Shown one piece after another: positions 8,073 through 16,862 of a DNA stretch of 64,000 nt (position 1 is the first letter of the stretch; each line of letters starts with the position of its first letter). The DNA comes from Candidatus Hydrogenedentota bacterium (GTDB lineage: Bacteria > Hydrogenedentota > Hydrogenedentia > Hydrogenedentales > SLHB01): assembly GCA_045863335.1 (NCBI GenBank), contig BTVY01000009.1:16623-80622 (forward strand), read 5' to 3'. A program made the translations under genes and the position numbers. Below the pieces are notes generated by a model. It was not told the origin of the DNA. It saw only the letters and a program-made list of their open reading frames with translations, and did not search any database.

Positions 8073-9686
8073 ATGATTCGGTTCACTCGTGTTGCGGTTG
8101 CCTTGATCGCCGCTCATGCTGCGTTGCCGGCGGAGTATGAAGTCAAGATGTTTCGCATTGACTTGCCCCTGTCCGGCGAGATGTACGATGCCATTACCGC
8201 CTACCTGGCCGAACCGCCAGATGCATCTACGTTCGATCCGGAGTGCGTGCCTGAAGGACTGCGGCTGGTCGCAATGACGCCGCCGAACCAATGGGACGGC
8301 TCCGACTTGTTGGGGCGACCTGGTGTGTTGGGCGGGGAGAATGCCATCCCCGTTGCGCAGGGGGGGCAGCTCTACGTGGGCCAGGATATCCCCTTCGAGT
8401 ACTTGGAACCCCGAAGCGATGGCCGATTCGATCGAAAGATTGGTTACGCGCAGCAGGGCATCGAGTTCAGCTTCCGTCAAGCGGGTTACGGGCAGACCCG
8501 GATTTGGGCGCACGCGACCCGCCCTGGTACGCGGCAACCTATCGATGGCGTCTCCCTCGACGTGGGCCCGCCGAGGCAGGACGACAAGACGATCTGGACG
8601 AATTTCATCGTCCATTCCTCGCTGGACCAATGGTGTTGCACGATATTCACGCTCAAGGAGAAACCGGAATCAGCGCCGCAGGTCGTGCTGCTGTTCCTGC
8701 GCAATTTGACGGACGAGCCGTCTGCGGAACCGGCCACGGTGACGCCTCCAGGCACGCCGATACAATTCTCGATAGAAAATAAGTTCATACGTGTACCCGC
8801 CTCCGCGAACCTCGACGAATGGATCAAGTTCGACGAGAATGCCGAACCTATCTCGGGGAACGGCCGGCGGGTCTCGGCAATCCGTTTGCCGGACTCGGAT
8901 GAATGGATACCGGTGGCTCAATTCGACCCGGAAGCGTTTGATACACTGAACAGTATGAATGAACTGGAGCTGCTTTCCGCGCCTCGCGTGACCACCCTTG
9001 CCGGACTGACAGATGCGGACGATACTTCGAAGACGCTGTTCAAAGTGGTCCTGCCAAATCAGGGCGGCTCCTCCAATTCGGGACGGGGAGGATTCGGCGG
9101 CGGTTTCGGTGGGGGAGGACTTGGCGACGGCGGGACATCGGATCCGTCGAGTTTGGATACCAATCCAGCACCGTATCGTGATGAGATTAGCGACGTCTTC
9201 GAAATGTTTACGGACCGGACTACTCTGATCGGCCAGTTCATGGCCTCGAAAGGCCCGGGAAAACCAGCCATCATTGCCGATTTCACCACGGACGAGCTGC
9301 GCTATGTCGATAGCAACGGGGTCGAAAAGGACGAAGCCGAACCGGTTTGGAGCGGAATCATGGTCGGCGCGCGGGTAGCCTGCACGAGCGCAGGCGAGGA
9401 TATCGTGCTCGACATCGCGTTAATCGAACGCGATCTTGAATGGCCTCCAGCGATCAAGATGACGCGAAAAGCATCGTCGGCGCGGCCTACGCCGATCGAG
9501 TTTTTTGTGTCTGATGAATCGCAATTGCCTCGCCTGATCGAGCGCAATTGTTGGTACCGGCAGCCGGTCAAGAACGGCGAGACGACGGCGTTTGTGCTGC
9601 ATGATGGGGCTCGGGACGACCAAACGCTCGTGTTTGTCACTGTCGAGCGTGTCGAAGGTGGGGCGGCGTTCTTCCCTGCCTCCTAG
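8073..9686 (+). CDS. secreted protein with two secretin-like domains and a Gly-rich insert
   Basis: Signal peptide; LYVGQDIPF, IQFSIENKFI, LLSAPRVTTL, VKNGET and LVFVTVERV motifs; GGFGGGFGGGG linker. Confidence 0.6.
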   Translation: MIRFTRVAVALIAAHAALPAEYEVKMFRIDLPLSGEMYDAITAYLAEPPDASTFDPECVPEGLRLVAMTPPNQWDGSDLLGRPGVLGGENAIPVAQGGQLYVGQDIPFEYLEPRSDGRFDRKIGYAQQGIEFSFRQAGYGQTRIWAHATRPGTRQPIDGVSLDVGPPRQDDKTIWTNFIVHSSLDQWCCTIFTLKEKPESAPQVVLLFLRNLTDEPSAEPATVTPPGTPIQFSIENKFIRVPASANLDEWIKFDENAEPISGNGRRVSAIRLPDSDEWIPVAQFDPEAFDTLNSMNELELLSAPRVTTLAGLTDADDTSKTLFKVVLPNQGGSSNSGRGGFGGGFGGGGLGDGGTSDPSSLDTNPAPYRDEISDVFEMFTDRTTLIGQFMASKGPGKPAIIADFTTDELRYVDSNGVEKDEAEPVWSGIMVGARVACTSAGEDIVLDIALIERDLEWPPAIKMTRKASSARPTPIEFFVSDESQLPRLIERNCWYRQPVKNGETTAFVLHDGARDDQTLVFVTVERVEGGAAFFPAS

Positions 9687-11188
9687 AAATTCCCCGGCAT
9701 GCGATTCGGATATTCGCTTAGTTCCAGCAGTGCATACAGCAACAAGCCAACCCCGTCCGTGGACTCGTAATACGGCTTCGCGGGATGTCCCTTAAACCAG
9801 CCGTTGACGTAGAGTTTGCTGATGGCTTCATCGGCAAGCGCCGTCGCCGTCGCCAAATCCGCGGTATCGCCTGTGGCGTAATGCAGATGGAGGAAGAAGG
9901 AAATCGCGCGACCGTAGTTTTCGGCGTAGGTGCCGCCGGTCTGCTCCGCTTCCGGCAGGCATTCCAGCAGTTCCTTCTTCCAGCGGCGTCCAATCTGAGG
10001 CGGCAGGTTGGACCGGATGTTCTCCGCCCAATGTTGTGCGCTTTCCAATGCCGCGGGGTCGCCGCTGAGTTCGTAGGCGTAGATGGATGTCTGCGCAGCA
10101 ATCATCGGGAATTCGTAAGAGAACATGACTGTGCGCCAGATGTCGATATAGCCGACGGGTTTCCACAGGTCATAGTGGTCGTCCATCGCCTGGTCCATGA
10201 CCGGAGTTCCATCGAGCGCCAGCATGGCTCGCCATTGGCGGGCATCGTTGTCCCATCCGTATTGGAGATACGCCTTCACGTAGGCGAGAGCCACGTCCCG
10301 GAACCAGGGATCGTTGGTCAACTCATACGCCCGCAGTAAAGCCGCCGCGTGGGGTCCGGTGACCGTCGTGAAGCAGTGATGGGCGTCGTAGCGGTCGCCC
10401 GTGCTTGGGGCGTCAGGGGCGAGATTGGTCTCGGGATTGCGCGCGTTCCAATGGCGGCCCGCGACGGTCTTAGCCCAATCGAGATACTTCGGCTCGCCGG
10501 TCTTGCGGTACATGAACGCGAAGGCCTGGAGGAACGACCCGCCGGAAAAGGCAAAGTCGCAACCGACGCTTTTGTCATCGTGGCGATTGTGGAGGCCCGT
10601 CTCCTTGTCGACGACATGCCACTCCCAGATCCCTTCGACTTCTTGTTGGAACAGGTCCGGCGTGACGCGCCACATGCGCTCCCATTCAGGGAGGAGCACG
10701 AGGATTTCGTGAGGCCCCGCGCCGTCGCCATCGCCGCCAGGCGCGTCCTTGTAGGCATCGTAGTAGATGTGTGAGCCCCAGGCGAGCAGGCCGTTTTCCT
10801 TGCGCGATCGCTCGAAGTAGGTTTGGATATACGCGTCGCATGCGTCCGCATACCGCGATTCTCCTGTCAGCTCGCTCAACGTATAAAGTGTCCGCAGCAA
10901 CGGCTGGTCTTCCCAGAGGTCACTGCCGGCTGGGTTTCGCCGGTGTTGCCGCTCCTCCGCGCGGATGTAGCCGTCGAGAGGCAGGGGATCGGGTGGTGAC
11001 GATTCAGAGGCAATGTCGATGATACTCATGAACAACGGGGTTTGGACGTGCCCATAGCGGTCGGTACCGTGCTCGAGCATGGAATCGGCGTGAGACCGAA
11101 CGCACGACCGGTACAACTCTTTGTTTTCCGCGGGATTCGGGCCCGCTGCTAACACGCCCAACACGACGAATGCAACAGTTCCAATCAT
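9683..11188 (-). CDS. secreted (alpha/alpha)-barrel polysaccharide lyase-like protein (PL2/PelW-like)
   Basis: LLRTLYTLSELTGESRY..., LLAWGSH and HEIL resemble the family 2 pectate lyase N-terminal region. Signal peptide from ATG 11188. Confidence 0.6.
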   Translation of the reverse strand: MIGTVAFVVLGVLAAGPNPAENKELYRSCVRSHADSMLEHGTDRYGHVQTPLFMSIIDIASESSPPDPLPLDGYIRAEERQHRRNPAGSDLWEDQPLLRTLYTLSELTGESRYADACDAYIQTYFERSRKENGLLAWGSHIYYDAYKDAPGGDGDGAGPHEILVLLPEWERMWRVTPDLFQQEVEGIWEWHVVDKETGLHNRHDDKSVGCDFAFSGGSFLQAFAFMYRKTGEPKYLDWAKTVAGRHWNARNPETNLAPDAPSTGDRYDAHHCFTTVTGPHAAALLRAYELTNDPWFRDVALAYVKAYLQYGWDNDARQWRAMLALDGTPVMDQAMDDHYDLWKPVGYIDIWRTVMFSYEFPMIAAQTSIYAYELSGDPAALESAQHWAENIRSNLPPQIGRRWKKELLECLPEAEQTGGTYAENYGRAISFFLHLHYATGDTADLATATALADEAISKLYVNGWFKGHPAKPYYESTDGVGLLLYALLELSEYPNRMPGNF

Positions 11189-11334
11189 GGGGGATGAACT
11201 CCTTGAAGGCGGCGGTGTTTCGATCATTAGACCACAGTTCACAGGCGGGAAGCCACGCGAATTTGACGTTGCTACGACGGTTCCGGTAGGGTTTGCGCCT
11301 CGCGCGCTGTGCCTGTCACTCAAGAAGAGAACCC

Positions 11335-12702
11335 ATGTCACGCAAGGCTATACCTGCACCAGGCTACCTGTCCGAACAGGACGCCAAAAGCGTTCTGCGC
11401 ATTGTATTCTTGACAGTCTTTCTCGATATGGCGGGCTTTTCCATCATTTTCCCGCTGTATCCGAAGATGCTGGAATACTATCTTGCCCATGAGGGGAATG
11501 TCGGGCTGTTGGGCGGGGTCGTGCGGGGGTTGGAGGCCTTCAGTTACGCGGTCGGTGCGGACGCGGATACCGGTTTGGTAGTGCTGTTCGGCGGCTTCCT
11601 CGGCTCCCTGTACGCTCTGCTCCAGTTTGTTTGCGCGCCGATCATGGGCAGTTTGTCCGATCGATTTGGACGGCGTCCCGTCCTGCTGGTTTCCATTGCG
11701 GGGCTTGCAGTCTCCTACGCGCTCTGGTTCGTGGCGGGGAGTTTCACCGTACTCGTCGTCGCGCGGTTTATCGGGGGACTCATGAGCGGCAACATTTCCA
11801 CGGCGAGCGCCGTCATCGCCGACGTGACGCCTGACGCGCGCCGATCCCGCGGCATGGCGGTTCTGGGTCTGGCGGTAGGTATCGGGTTCATGTTCGGTCC
11901 GGCCTTGGGTGGCATGCTTTCGGGTGTCGACCTCTCTGCGATTTGGCCCTCGCTGGCAGCATACGGCGTGAATCCCTACAGCATGGCGGCCTTTGCGGCG
12001 TTCGTGCTTGCCACGGTCAACTGGGTGGCCGTGCTCGTCAAACTCCACGAGACTCGGAAGGTACACGCCGGCGCCAGTACAGCCGCACGGCGTCCTGTAA
12101 ATCCGTTAGCACTCTTTCAGACGACCGACTACCCCGGCGTTACGCGCACCAACATCATCTACTTCCTCTACCTATTGGCCTTTTCCGGCATGGAGTTTTC
12201 CCTGACTTTCCTGGCGGCAGACCGCTTCGATTATGGTCCGAAGCAGATCATGGTCATGTTTCTCTTCATCGGGGTCATCCTTGCACTTATGCAGGGATCG
12301 TACGTGCGCACGCGAAGCGGTGTGATCGGACCCAAGCGAATGGGATTCCATGGTCTGCTGCTGGGTGTGCCCGGTTTGGCGATCGTGGGTTTCGCGCCAA
12401 ACCCCTGGGTGTTTTACCTCGGGTTGTTGGTCATGGCGCTGGGATCGGCACAGGTACGGCCGTGTTTGTCGGCGCTGGTCTCACTCTACTCGCCGGTACG
12501 CGAACAGGGCCGTATTCTTGGGGTGTTCCGGTCGCTGGAATCCCTGGCACGCGCCATCGGCCCGTTCGTCGCCTGCGTCCTGTACTGGCGGCTCGGGTCG
12601 TCCATGGCCTATTACATCGCCGCCGCGATCATGACGCTGCCCGTTGTCCTCTCCCGTGCATTGCCGGAACCTACCGGGCAGATTTCGGAGAGACCAGCGT
12701 AA
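11335..12702 (+). CDS. MFS transporter (TetA/DHA1-like)
   Basis: Motif A GSLSDRFGRRPVL; about 12 TM helices; motif C-like GFMFGPALGG. Confidence 0.9.
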   Translation: MSRKAIPAPGYLSEQDAKSVLRIVFLTVFLDMAGFSIIFPLYPKMLEYYLAHEGNVGLLGGVVRGLEAFSYAVGADADTGLVVLFGGFLGSLYALLQFVCAPIMGSLSDRFGRRPVLLVSIAGLAVSYALWFVAGSFTVLVVARFIGGLMSGNISTASAVIADVTPDARRSRGMAVLGLAVGIGFMFGPALGGMLSGVDLSAIWPSLAAYGVNPYSMAAFAAFVLATVNWVAVLVKLHETRKVHAGASTAARRPVNPLALFQTTDYPGVTRTNIIYFLYLLAFSGMEFSLTFLAADRFDYGPKQIMVMFLFIGVILALMQGSYVRTRSGVIGPKRMGFHGLLLGVPGLAIVGFAPNPWVFYLGLLVMALGSAQVRPCLSALVSLYSPVREQGRILGVFRSLESLARAIGPFVACVLYWRLGSSMAYYIAAAIMTLPVVLSRALPEPTGQISERPA

Positions 12703-13179
12703 TCAACGGGGATTCGGGATGCGCTGCCTGGCGTGCAGATAAAGCTGCAACTCCCGTAAATGATCGCCGATATGAAATTGATAAGCTCCCGCCAGCGCCC
12801 GCATCGCCTCTTCCGATCCAATGGCGTCCCACACCTTCAGAACGGCCGAAAGCTCGGATGCGATGTCCACGATGTCTTCAATGGCGTCACCTACGGTGAT
12901 CGATGTGTCGGCGATGTCTTGCGTAATCGAGGCCGGCGTGTTGTAGAACCCCAGGTCCGGAAACCGTGCAGCGACGCGCGCACGGCGCTCGTCGTAGTCC
13001 GCGCGATCGCCGCCCTCGTAGTCCAGGGCCTCAAAAGGTACCGGATTCTCCGAGACAGCGAGGGCGATCCGGTCGAGCAACACGTGTAGTCGAGCTTCAC
13101 TCGCCAGCAACGCCCCGCTATCATCGTCCACCATTCGGACGAAGTCACGTATGGTCTGTCGCACCTCTTCTGCAGTCAT
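12703..13179 (-). CDS. DUF5063-like hypothetical protein
   Basis: Helical acidic protein with GDAIEDIVDIASEL and FHIGDHLRELQLYLH. Confidence 0.65.
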   Translation of the reverse strand: MTAEEVRQTIRDFVRMVDDDSGALLASEARLHVLLDRIALAVSENPVPFEALDYEGGDRADYDERRARVAARFPDLGFYNTPASITQDIADTSITVGDAIEDIVDIASELSAVLKVWDAIGSEEAMRALAGAYQFHIGDHLRELQLYLHARQRIPNPR

Positions 13180-13249
13180 CGGTATGCACCCCCGGCAAGG
13201 GTCTTTTCACGTTCCGTCATGTTAGCACAAACGGAGAGTACAAACGGGA

Positions 13250-13277
13250 ACGGCCCGGCGAATGTTCGCCGGGCCGT
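13250..13277 (-). terminator. probable intrinsic terminator of the OmpA-family gene
   Basis: Perfect inverted repeat ACGGCCCGGCGAA/TTCGCCGGGCCGT about 40 nt past the stop. Confidence 0.55.
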
Positions 13278-13317
13278 CGATCATCGTCACTCCACCAGGT
13301 GGAGCTTCCTGGTTACG

Positions 13318-14415
13318 TCACTCGAGGACCACCTCAACGCGGCGGTTCTCTGCGCGTCCGGAGGCAGAAGTGTTATCTGCGGCGGGCGCGCCTTCGCCGA
13401 GGGCGGAAACCACGATCTGGCCGGCGGGAGCGCCGTGTTCGACCAGGTACTGCTGAACCGCGTTCGAGCGCCGCTCGGAAAGCTTCTGGTTGTAGGCTTC
13501 CGACGAGGTGTTGTCGGTGTGGCCCTTGATGTGGAACTTCAGTTCCGGCCACTCTTTCAGGAGTTCGGCGATGCCGCGGAGGTAGCCTTTGGCATCCGAC
13601 GAGAGCGTCGCGCTGCCGCTCGCGAACCGGATGGTTTCAAGCACGGGATACTCGTCCGGAGCGCCGTCAAAGTCGTGCCAGCGGTTCTTCGTTTCGGGAT
13701 CGTTCGGCATGACATCGTCGAGGTCCAGCTCACCGTCTTGATCGTTGTCCGGATCGGGTACGCCGTCCTCGTCTTCGAAGTCGTCCTTGTCTTCGGGCGC
13801 CCACGGCGCACCGTCTTTCATGTCGATGATGCCGTCGCCATCGACATCCTGCGACCAAATCGTGTCGATGTCGGCTTCGACTGTGCGCAGATACCGGATT
13901 CCTTCCGGATAGTGGCACCGCTCGAGGATTTCATGCTCGCCCGCGCTAAGTGCGGCCTCGATATGGGCATAGAGCACCGGCGACACTTCGATGGCCTTTT
14001 CCTTGTCGAGTTCCTGGTAGCGGGCTTTCAGCCGCTCGAACTCCGCCACGGCGCCATCGTAATCGTCGGGCATGGCCAGCTCGCCGCCGTCCGGAATGCC
14101 GCCCTTGCTGATGGCGGCCTCGGCCATCTGACGGGCGAGTGCCGCGTAATCCCATTCGCCGCGCCGGCCGTTTTCGGCGCGCTCGTTATACGATTTCGCC
14201 AGGTACATCTCGGCCGAATAGTATTCGTAGGGCGCGTAATGCTGGGCGCCCACACGATGCGCCTGGTCAACCAGAGACTCTACGTCGCGCGGATCGTCCT
14301 TGGATAGCTGGGAATAGTCACGAGAGATGGGTACCGTGTGCACTGCCGAGGATTGACACCCTACGGCGGTGACGAGGAGTACTGCCGCCCCGATAGTAAC
14401 GCTAACTCGAAGCAT
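13318..14415 (-). CDS. OmpA-family peptidoglycan-binding lipoprotein with DxDxDG calcium-binding repeats
   Basis: AVGC lipobox; helical DUF4398-like N-terminal part; DVDGDG, DEDGVPDPDNDQDG repeats; GHTD, NQKLSERR and NRRVEV OmpA_C motifs. Confidence 0.9.
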   Translation of the reverse strand: MLRVSVTIGAAVLLVTAVGCQSSAVHTVPISRDYSQLSKDDPRDVESLVDQAHRVGAQHYAPYEYYSAEMYLAKSYNERAENGRRGEWDYAALARQMAEAAISKGGIPDGGELAMPDDYDGAVAEFERLKARYQELDKEKAIEVSPVLYAHIEAALSAGEHEILERCHYPEGIRYLRTVEADIDTIWSQDVDGDGIIDMKDGAPWAPEDKDDFEDEDGVPDPDNDQDGELDLDDVMPNDPETKNRWHDFDGAPDEYPVLETIRFASGSATLSSDAKGYLRGIAELLKEWPELKFHIKGHTDNTSSEAYNQKLSERRSNAVQQYLVEHGAPAGQIVVSALGEGAPAADNTSASGRAENRRVEVVLE

Positions 14416-14762
14416 GTTTAGAAAACCTCCTTTTCTTGCCTTGCCAATGGGAACGAGAAACACACCACACCTTTCGCCGATCCAGTACGCGAAAGGATTC
14501 ACGCAATGAACATGAAAGTTCTGTTACCGTGGTCAGAAAGATTCTGAGACGAAAAGGAAAAAGGAACAGCGCCCCACGCTTGCTAGCACAAACCCACAAT
14601 ACACAGCAGCAGACAATTCACCCTACACACAATTCATACCACAGAATTCGTTGTATTGCCAAGTTCATCGGTGCCAAGTGCAGTTGTATCAATTGAATGC
14701 TCGGGTTGCGCCACGTACAATGCGGATTCACTCCGTAAGGCCTGGCAATTGCGGTATTTTAA

Positions 14763-16574
14763 ATGAATGTTCTCGGCATATCAGCGTTTTACCACGACAG
14801 CGCGGCCTGCCTCCTTCAGAATGGCGACATTTCCGCCGCCGTTCAGGAGGAACGGTTTACGCGCCAGAAACACGACCCGCGGTTTCCCGACCTCGCGGTC
14901 GCGTACTGCCTAGAGCAGGCAGGTTTGACTATTGACGACATCGATTGCGTCGTCTTCTACGACAAGCCTTTCGTGAAATTTGAACGATTGCTGATGACCT
15001 ATATTGCCACGGCGCCAAAAGGATTGGCTTCGTTCATCAGCCAGATGCCTTTCTGGCTCAAAGAAAAACTCTTCACCCGAAATACCATCCGGCGTCAGCT
15101 TGGGTACCAGGGCGAGATCCTGTTCACGACGCACCACCAATCCCACGCCGCAGCGGCTTTCTTCCCCAGCCCGTTTGAGGAAGCGGCCATCGTAACGGTG
15201 GACGGCGTCGGCGAATGGGCGACGTCGACTTATGGGGTTGGAAGAGGAAATCACGTCGAGATTCTGAAGCAAATCAACTTCCCGCATTCACTCGGATTGT
15301 TGTATTCCGCCTTCACGTACTTCACCGGATTCAAGGTCAACAGCGGCGAGTATAAGCTGATGGGACTCGCCCCTTACGGAAAACCGAAGTATGTCGATAT
15401 CATTCGGCGGGAACTGATCGATATCAAAGACGACGGTTCGTTCCGGTTGAATATGGAGTATTTCGACTATTGCGCGGGACTTCGCATGACCAACGAGCGG
15501 TTCGCCGAACTGTTTGGAGGACCGCGACGAGAACCCGAATCAAAGATCACGGGTCGGGAAATGGACCTGGCGCGGTCGGTCCAGGTCGTCATCGAAGACG
15601 CGCTTCTCGCCATCGCGCGTACCGCCCACAAAGAGACCGGAGCGCGTAACCTCGCGCTTGCCGGGGGTGTCGCCTTGAATTGCGTCGCCAATGGCCGCTT
15701 GCTGCGGGAAGGTCCTTTCGATGAAATCTGGATTCAACCTTCCGCCAGCGATGCCGGGAATGCGCTGGGCTGCGCCCTCTTTGCCTGGCACCAGATCTAC
15801 GGTAACGCGCGAACACCCGACCGGCGCCGCCAGAAAGCGACCTACCTCGGTCCGGCTTTCACGGATGAGAACATCGAATCGTATCTCGTCGAAGAGCGCA
15901 TCCCGCACCAGCGACTCGGCGAGAACGAGCTGTGTGAGAGGGTCGCCGGGCTACTCGCCGAAGAGAAGGTCGTCGGGTGGTTTCAAGGCCGTCTTGAGTT
16001 CGGCCCGCGTGCGCTTGGCGCGCGAAGCATCCTCGCGGATCCGCGGTCTCGCGACATGCAGTTCACGTTGAACGTAAAGATCAAATTCCGGGAGTCCTTT
16101 CGGCCGTTTGCGCCCTCGGTACTGCGCGAACACGTGTCGGACTACTTCGAGCTCGACCGCGAGAGTCCATACATGTTGCTGGTGGCGGATGTGAAGAAGG
16201 ATCGCAGGCGCAAGCTGACCAAGAGGGAGCGCGAGGCATCGGGCTTCGAGAAATTGCGCGTGGTGCGATCCGACATCCCTGCGGTGACGCATGTGGACAA
16301 TTCGGCGCGCATCCAGACAGTAGACCGGGAAGACAACCCCCTGTTTCACGAGTTGATCAGCCAGTTCCACCGGCGAACCGGGTGCCCGGTCCTTATCAAT
16401 ACGTCGTTCAACGTCCGCGGAGAACCGATCGTCTGCACGCCGCGCGAAGCGTACGCGTGTTTCATGCGTACCCGCATGGACTACCTCGTTTTAGGGCCTT
16501 TTCTACTGGACAAACGCCAGCAACCCCTCTGGCCGGAGGAGGACCACTGGCAGGATACGTTCGAACTCGACTAG
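14763..16574 (+). CDS. O-carbamoyltransferase (NodU/CmcH/TobZ family)
   Basis: MNVLGISAFYHDSAA, HHQSHAA, GEYKLMGLAPYG, EFGPRALG, KFRESFRPFAP and NTSFNVRGEPIV motifs. Confidence 0.95.
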   Translation: MNVLGISAFYHDSAACLLQNGDISAAVQEERFTRQKHDPRFPDLAVAYCLEQAGLTIDDIDCVVFYDKPFVKFERLLMTYIATAPKGLASFISQMPFWLKEKLFTRNTIRRQLGYQGEILFTTHHQSHAAAAFFPSPFEEAAIVTVDGVGEWATSTYGVGRGNHVEILKQINFPHSLGLLYSAFTYFTGFKVNSGEYKLMGLAPYGKPKYVDIIRRELIDIKDDGSFRLNMEYFDYCAGLRMTNERFAELFGGPRREPESKITGREMDLARSVQVVIEDALLAIARTAHKETGARNLALAGGVALNCVANGRLLREGPFDEIWIQPSASDAGNALGCALFAWHQIYGNARTPDRRRQKATYLGPAFTDENIESYLVEERIPHQRLGENELCERVAGLLAEEKVVGWFQGRLEFGPRALGARSILADPRSRDMQFTLNVKIKFRESFRPFAPSVLREHVSDYFELDRESPYMLLVADVKKDRRRKLTKREREASGFEKLRVVRSDIPAVTHVDNSARIQTVDREDNPLFHELISQFHRRTGCPVLINTSFNVRGEPIVCTPREAYACFMRTRMDYLVLGPFLLDKRQQPLWPEEDHWQDTFELD

Positions 16575-16692
16575 CCCGGACTTGCGGCACCGTGTAGTCT
16601 ACGCGACTTCCGCCGGAACCCCCGATGATCCCGCATTCCTCCCTAACCCGATCCCGACAATGGTACGTCGCGGCGATGAACCGGAGACGATA

Positions 16693-16721
16693 TTGAGAGT
16701 TCGAGACGGGGGTGATACACT
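16693..16721 (+). promoter_or_regulatory. sigma70-type promoter
   Basis: TTGAGA-N17-TACACT with extended -10 TG. Confidence 0.55.
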
Positions 16722-16727
16722 ACTGCC

Positions 16728-16845
16728 GCGGGAGCCACCGTCACTTTGCGGATGAACCCGAACGTCGATCAGGTTTACCACGCATATAACGAATTGGGCC
16801 CAGGTACGGCACCTTCCAGGTGTACGACGGGAGGGGCTCTAGTGT
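16728..16845 (+). ncRNA. candidate structured leader RNA, unidentified
   Basis: Closing stem GAGCC-A-CCGTC / GACGG-GAGG-GGCTC; inner hairpins TGCGGATGAACC/GGTTTACCACGCA and CACCT-TCC-AGGTG. Lies between the promoter and the RBS. Confidence 0.4.
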
Positions 16846-16862
16846 TAAGGGATACCCAAGGA

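Noticed and set aside
9075-9135. GGC/GGT-rich low-complexity stretch as a DNA repeat element
   Set aside because: It encodes an in-frame Gly-rich linker of the secretin-like protein.
13219-14307. 362-aa + strand ORF
   Set aside because: Antisense shadow of the OmpA-family gene; no motifs; typical of high-GC codon bias.
16728-16845. Assignment as 6S RNA, SRP RNA, TPP riboswitch or RNase P RNA
   Set aside because: It lacks the SRP GGAA/GCAGC loop, the full TPP core and the RNase P GAGGAAAGUCC. It is too short for a canonical 6S. Left as unidentified.
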